A stretch of 63,419 bases of DNA, the filler included, from Guillardia theta CCMP2712 (Eukaryota; Protista; Cryptophyta): NCBI RefSeq assembly GCF_000315625.1. It is 8 parts of 8 records of this genome, joined end to end, with 100 filler letters (N's around TTAATTAATTAA, not from the genome) between each part and the next. Parts side by side here need not be neighbours in the genome. Positions count along the whole stretch, not along the records: positions 58,745 to 62,280 come from NW_005434112.1; positions 62,381 to 63,419 come from NW_005434059.1; 6 more parts are not named here. One strand, 5' to 3'. Below are positions 61,418-63,419 of this stretch, in pieces. The notes under the pieces are model-generated. The model made no database searches and was not told where the DNA came from. It was given only the letters and a program-made list of their open reading frames with translations. Position 1 is the first letter of the stretch. The number at the start of each line of letters is the position of its first letter. A program made the position numbers and the translations under genes.

Positions 61418-62380
61418 AGGGAGGATAGAGAATTGAACTAATTAGAGGGTGAGAAGTCGAGATTGAACGGCTTTTTCCCCGTTTGTAGTTGTTGTGATAA
61501 TTTATGTACATTTTTACACTTTTTGATTCTGAAATTGATATGAACAAACGTTAGTGCGAGATACGCTCATGGTACACGAGAACTACCTGCATAATTCGTA
61601 GGATACAGTCGTGCATCTGATCTCTTGAGAGGACAGGGTTGAGACAGGCGTCAAGCCCGGGGTTGTGCATGATTTCAGGGTTGCAGTTGGGACTGCCCGG
61701 CTCGTCGTCCCGGCAGGACGCCTGGTGTGGAACATTCAGCACGTCCATCTCGGGCATGAAATTGAGTCACCTGGTTCAGAGTCCGTCGGAAGAGCAGCCA
61801 CACGAAGTGATTGGCGCAGGAGATCTTGTCCTCCTGCTCCTCCTCGTCAGCTCTACCACCACAGGAAGCTTGCAAGCAACAGAGGTCAGCTCCTCGTCGC
61901 CCTTGGAGCACTTCGCCCACGTCTGGCTGATGCCCTGGAGAGTGAGAGGAGTTAGCGCAAGAAAGACAGCGGAGGGGGGGCGGGAGGAGAAGGGAATCAG
62001 CGGGACGAGACTAACCGGCACGTTGTAAGGATACGCTTTCTGCAAGCGATGAATACTATCGATGTCGTTCTCGCTGTTGACTGCAGGAAAGGTGAGGAGG
62101 AGCATGGTGAGATATGAAAGCCTGACCTCCACGGTTCGTGGCCTCTGTGAAGAGGCTATTGATGACGCTGGAGACGATTTCCTCCTTCGATCCTTCTGCA
62201 CAAGAACGTCGCTAGTGAGAAGCAGGAAGAAGATCATAACAGCTAGCTGCAGGTATCAACAAAAGTCTCTGACCTTCATCNNNNNNNNNNNNNNNNNNNN
62301 NNNNNNNNNNNNNNNNNNNNNNNNTTAATTAATTAANNNNNNNNNNNNNNNNNNNNNNNNNNNNNNNNNNNNNNNNNNNN

Positions 62381-62584
62381 TTTGCTGTTCTCATGGTGGA
62401 TGAGGGAGAATTACTTCCTGTGAAAGTTCCTACTAAGTTTCAGCCTGCGGACCTGTTCACGAAAATTCTGCCGTTTACGAGGTGGAAAGCAATTGGTTCG
62501 TTTCTATTTGGAGAAGATTTCAACGCTCAAGGGGTATGCTGCAGTGATGACTCTCATCCTAATGAGAACGATGGCATTCTGTGA
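62381..62584 (+). mobile_element. Ty1/copia LTR retrotransposon pol C-terminus (RNase H end)
   Basis: VDEGELLPVKVPTKFQPADLFTKILP matches the copia RNase H motif QxADxxTKxL. The upstream part is lost in the gap. Confidence 0.8.
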
Positions 62585-63419
62585 GCATCTTGACATGTAG
62601 TACGCGAATGGTGGAGTTCATGCTGGTTGAGTGGAGTGAAGTCAGCCATGGGAGGCGCAGTTGCAGGACATGGGGGGAAAGATTTTCTACAGAATCAACG
62701 CAGTATGATTTCTGTCGCAACTGTGTGCTGACTGTAGTTGTAGAGACTGCCTGGAGACAGCGCTTTGGGAGCAACTTTGAACTTCAGTGGGATTTATCCC
62801 AGCTTGAATACAATGGGGTTCATCGTACAGCTGGTATCAACGAGCAATCGCCTGCACCAATCTCTGATTCAGGGAGGGAGAACCTTGGAAGGAAGGTTTG
62901 ATATTGAGAAGTAGAATCAGATGATTGGCATGGCGTGGTATCAAGCTTCTTCTCCCGAAGACTGTTCAAGGAACTCTAGGTCAAGTCAAGCAGGTTAGGA
63001 TGTGAAGCCTCCCATCATGACAAGAATTGAAATGAGAATTGAAATTGATGAAAAAATCGGCCGTTGAGAAATTGAGAAATCGAAAATGAAGAGATGATTG
63101 ATGGGAAAGGCAAATGAAAGAAGATCATATGGTCAATATGAGAATTGAAATGAACATGCATGCAAATGAAGTATCAAGAGCTCTCAGGTGACATGGCGCC
63201 AAATCATTCATACCGCGGTTAGATAGCGATTTGTTAGATGGGCCCGTAGAGCAGATAGTTAGGACAAACACATTGGTCATGAATGGTGGACATCATTGGG
63301 TGGAAATTTGGATTGAGAAAGTCAGATGGGTGACAATTGAAATCGATGGGATTTGAAGCACAATGATGGGATGGATGACTGGGATGATCAGAAAGTGGTC
63401 TGGGGAGCCTGACTGATCA

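Overview
Eukaryotic nuclear draft assembly, probably a cryptophyte alga. This is inferred from microsatellite-packed short introns and a protein with an ER signal plus a plastid/Tat presequence. Contigs are joined by N-run/TTAATTAATTAA linkers. Bases 1-18.7 kb carry ordinary intron-rich host genes: a PsbP-like lumen protein, a mitochondrial carrier, a ribosome recycling factor and a RING+PHD protein. The central block (18854-50750) is a 332-bp palindrome-rich tandem satellite split by a ~25.7-kb giant cut-and-paste DNA transposon (19439-45165). The element has 25-bp imperfect terminal inverted repeats (TIRs, 22/25 match) and a perfect 3-bp CTA target-site duplication (TSD). Its right end encodes an intact RAG1/Transib/Chapaev-like DDE transposase, tail-to-tail with a second ORF carrying a BAH-like domain, a layout reminiscent of ProtoRAG. 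The other ~21 kb is GC-rich cargo: two paralogous lipase-like/TCP11 fusion genes, a CxxC zinc-repeat protein, an ARM-repeat protein, and coiled-coil and membrane ORFs sharing a GCACGTGC intergenic motif. The last 12 kb has an HTH gene, a ~2.4-kb inverted duplication, a 27-bp minisatellite and a copia RNase H fragment. All protein family calls are by motif recognition only; no database search was run.
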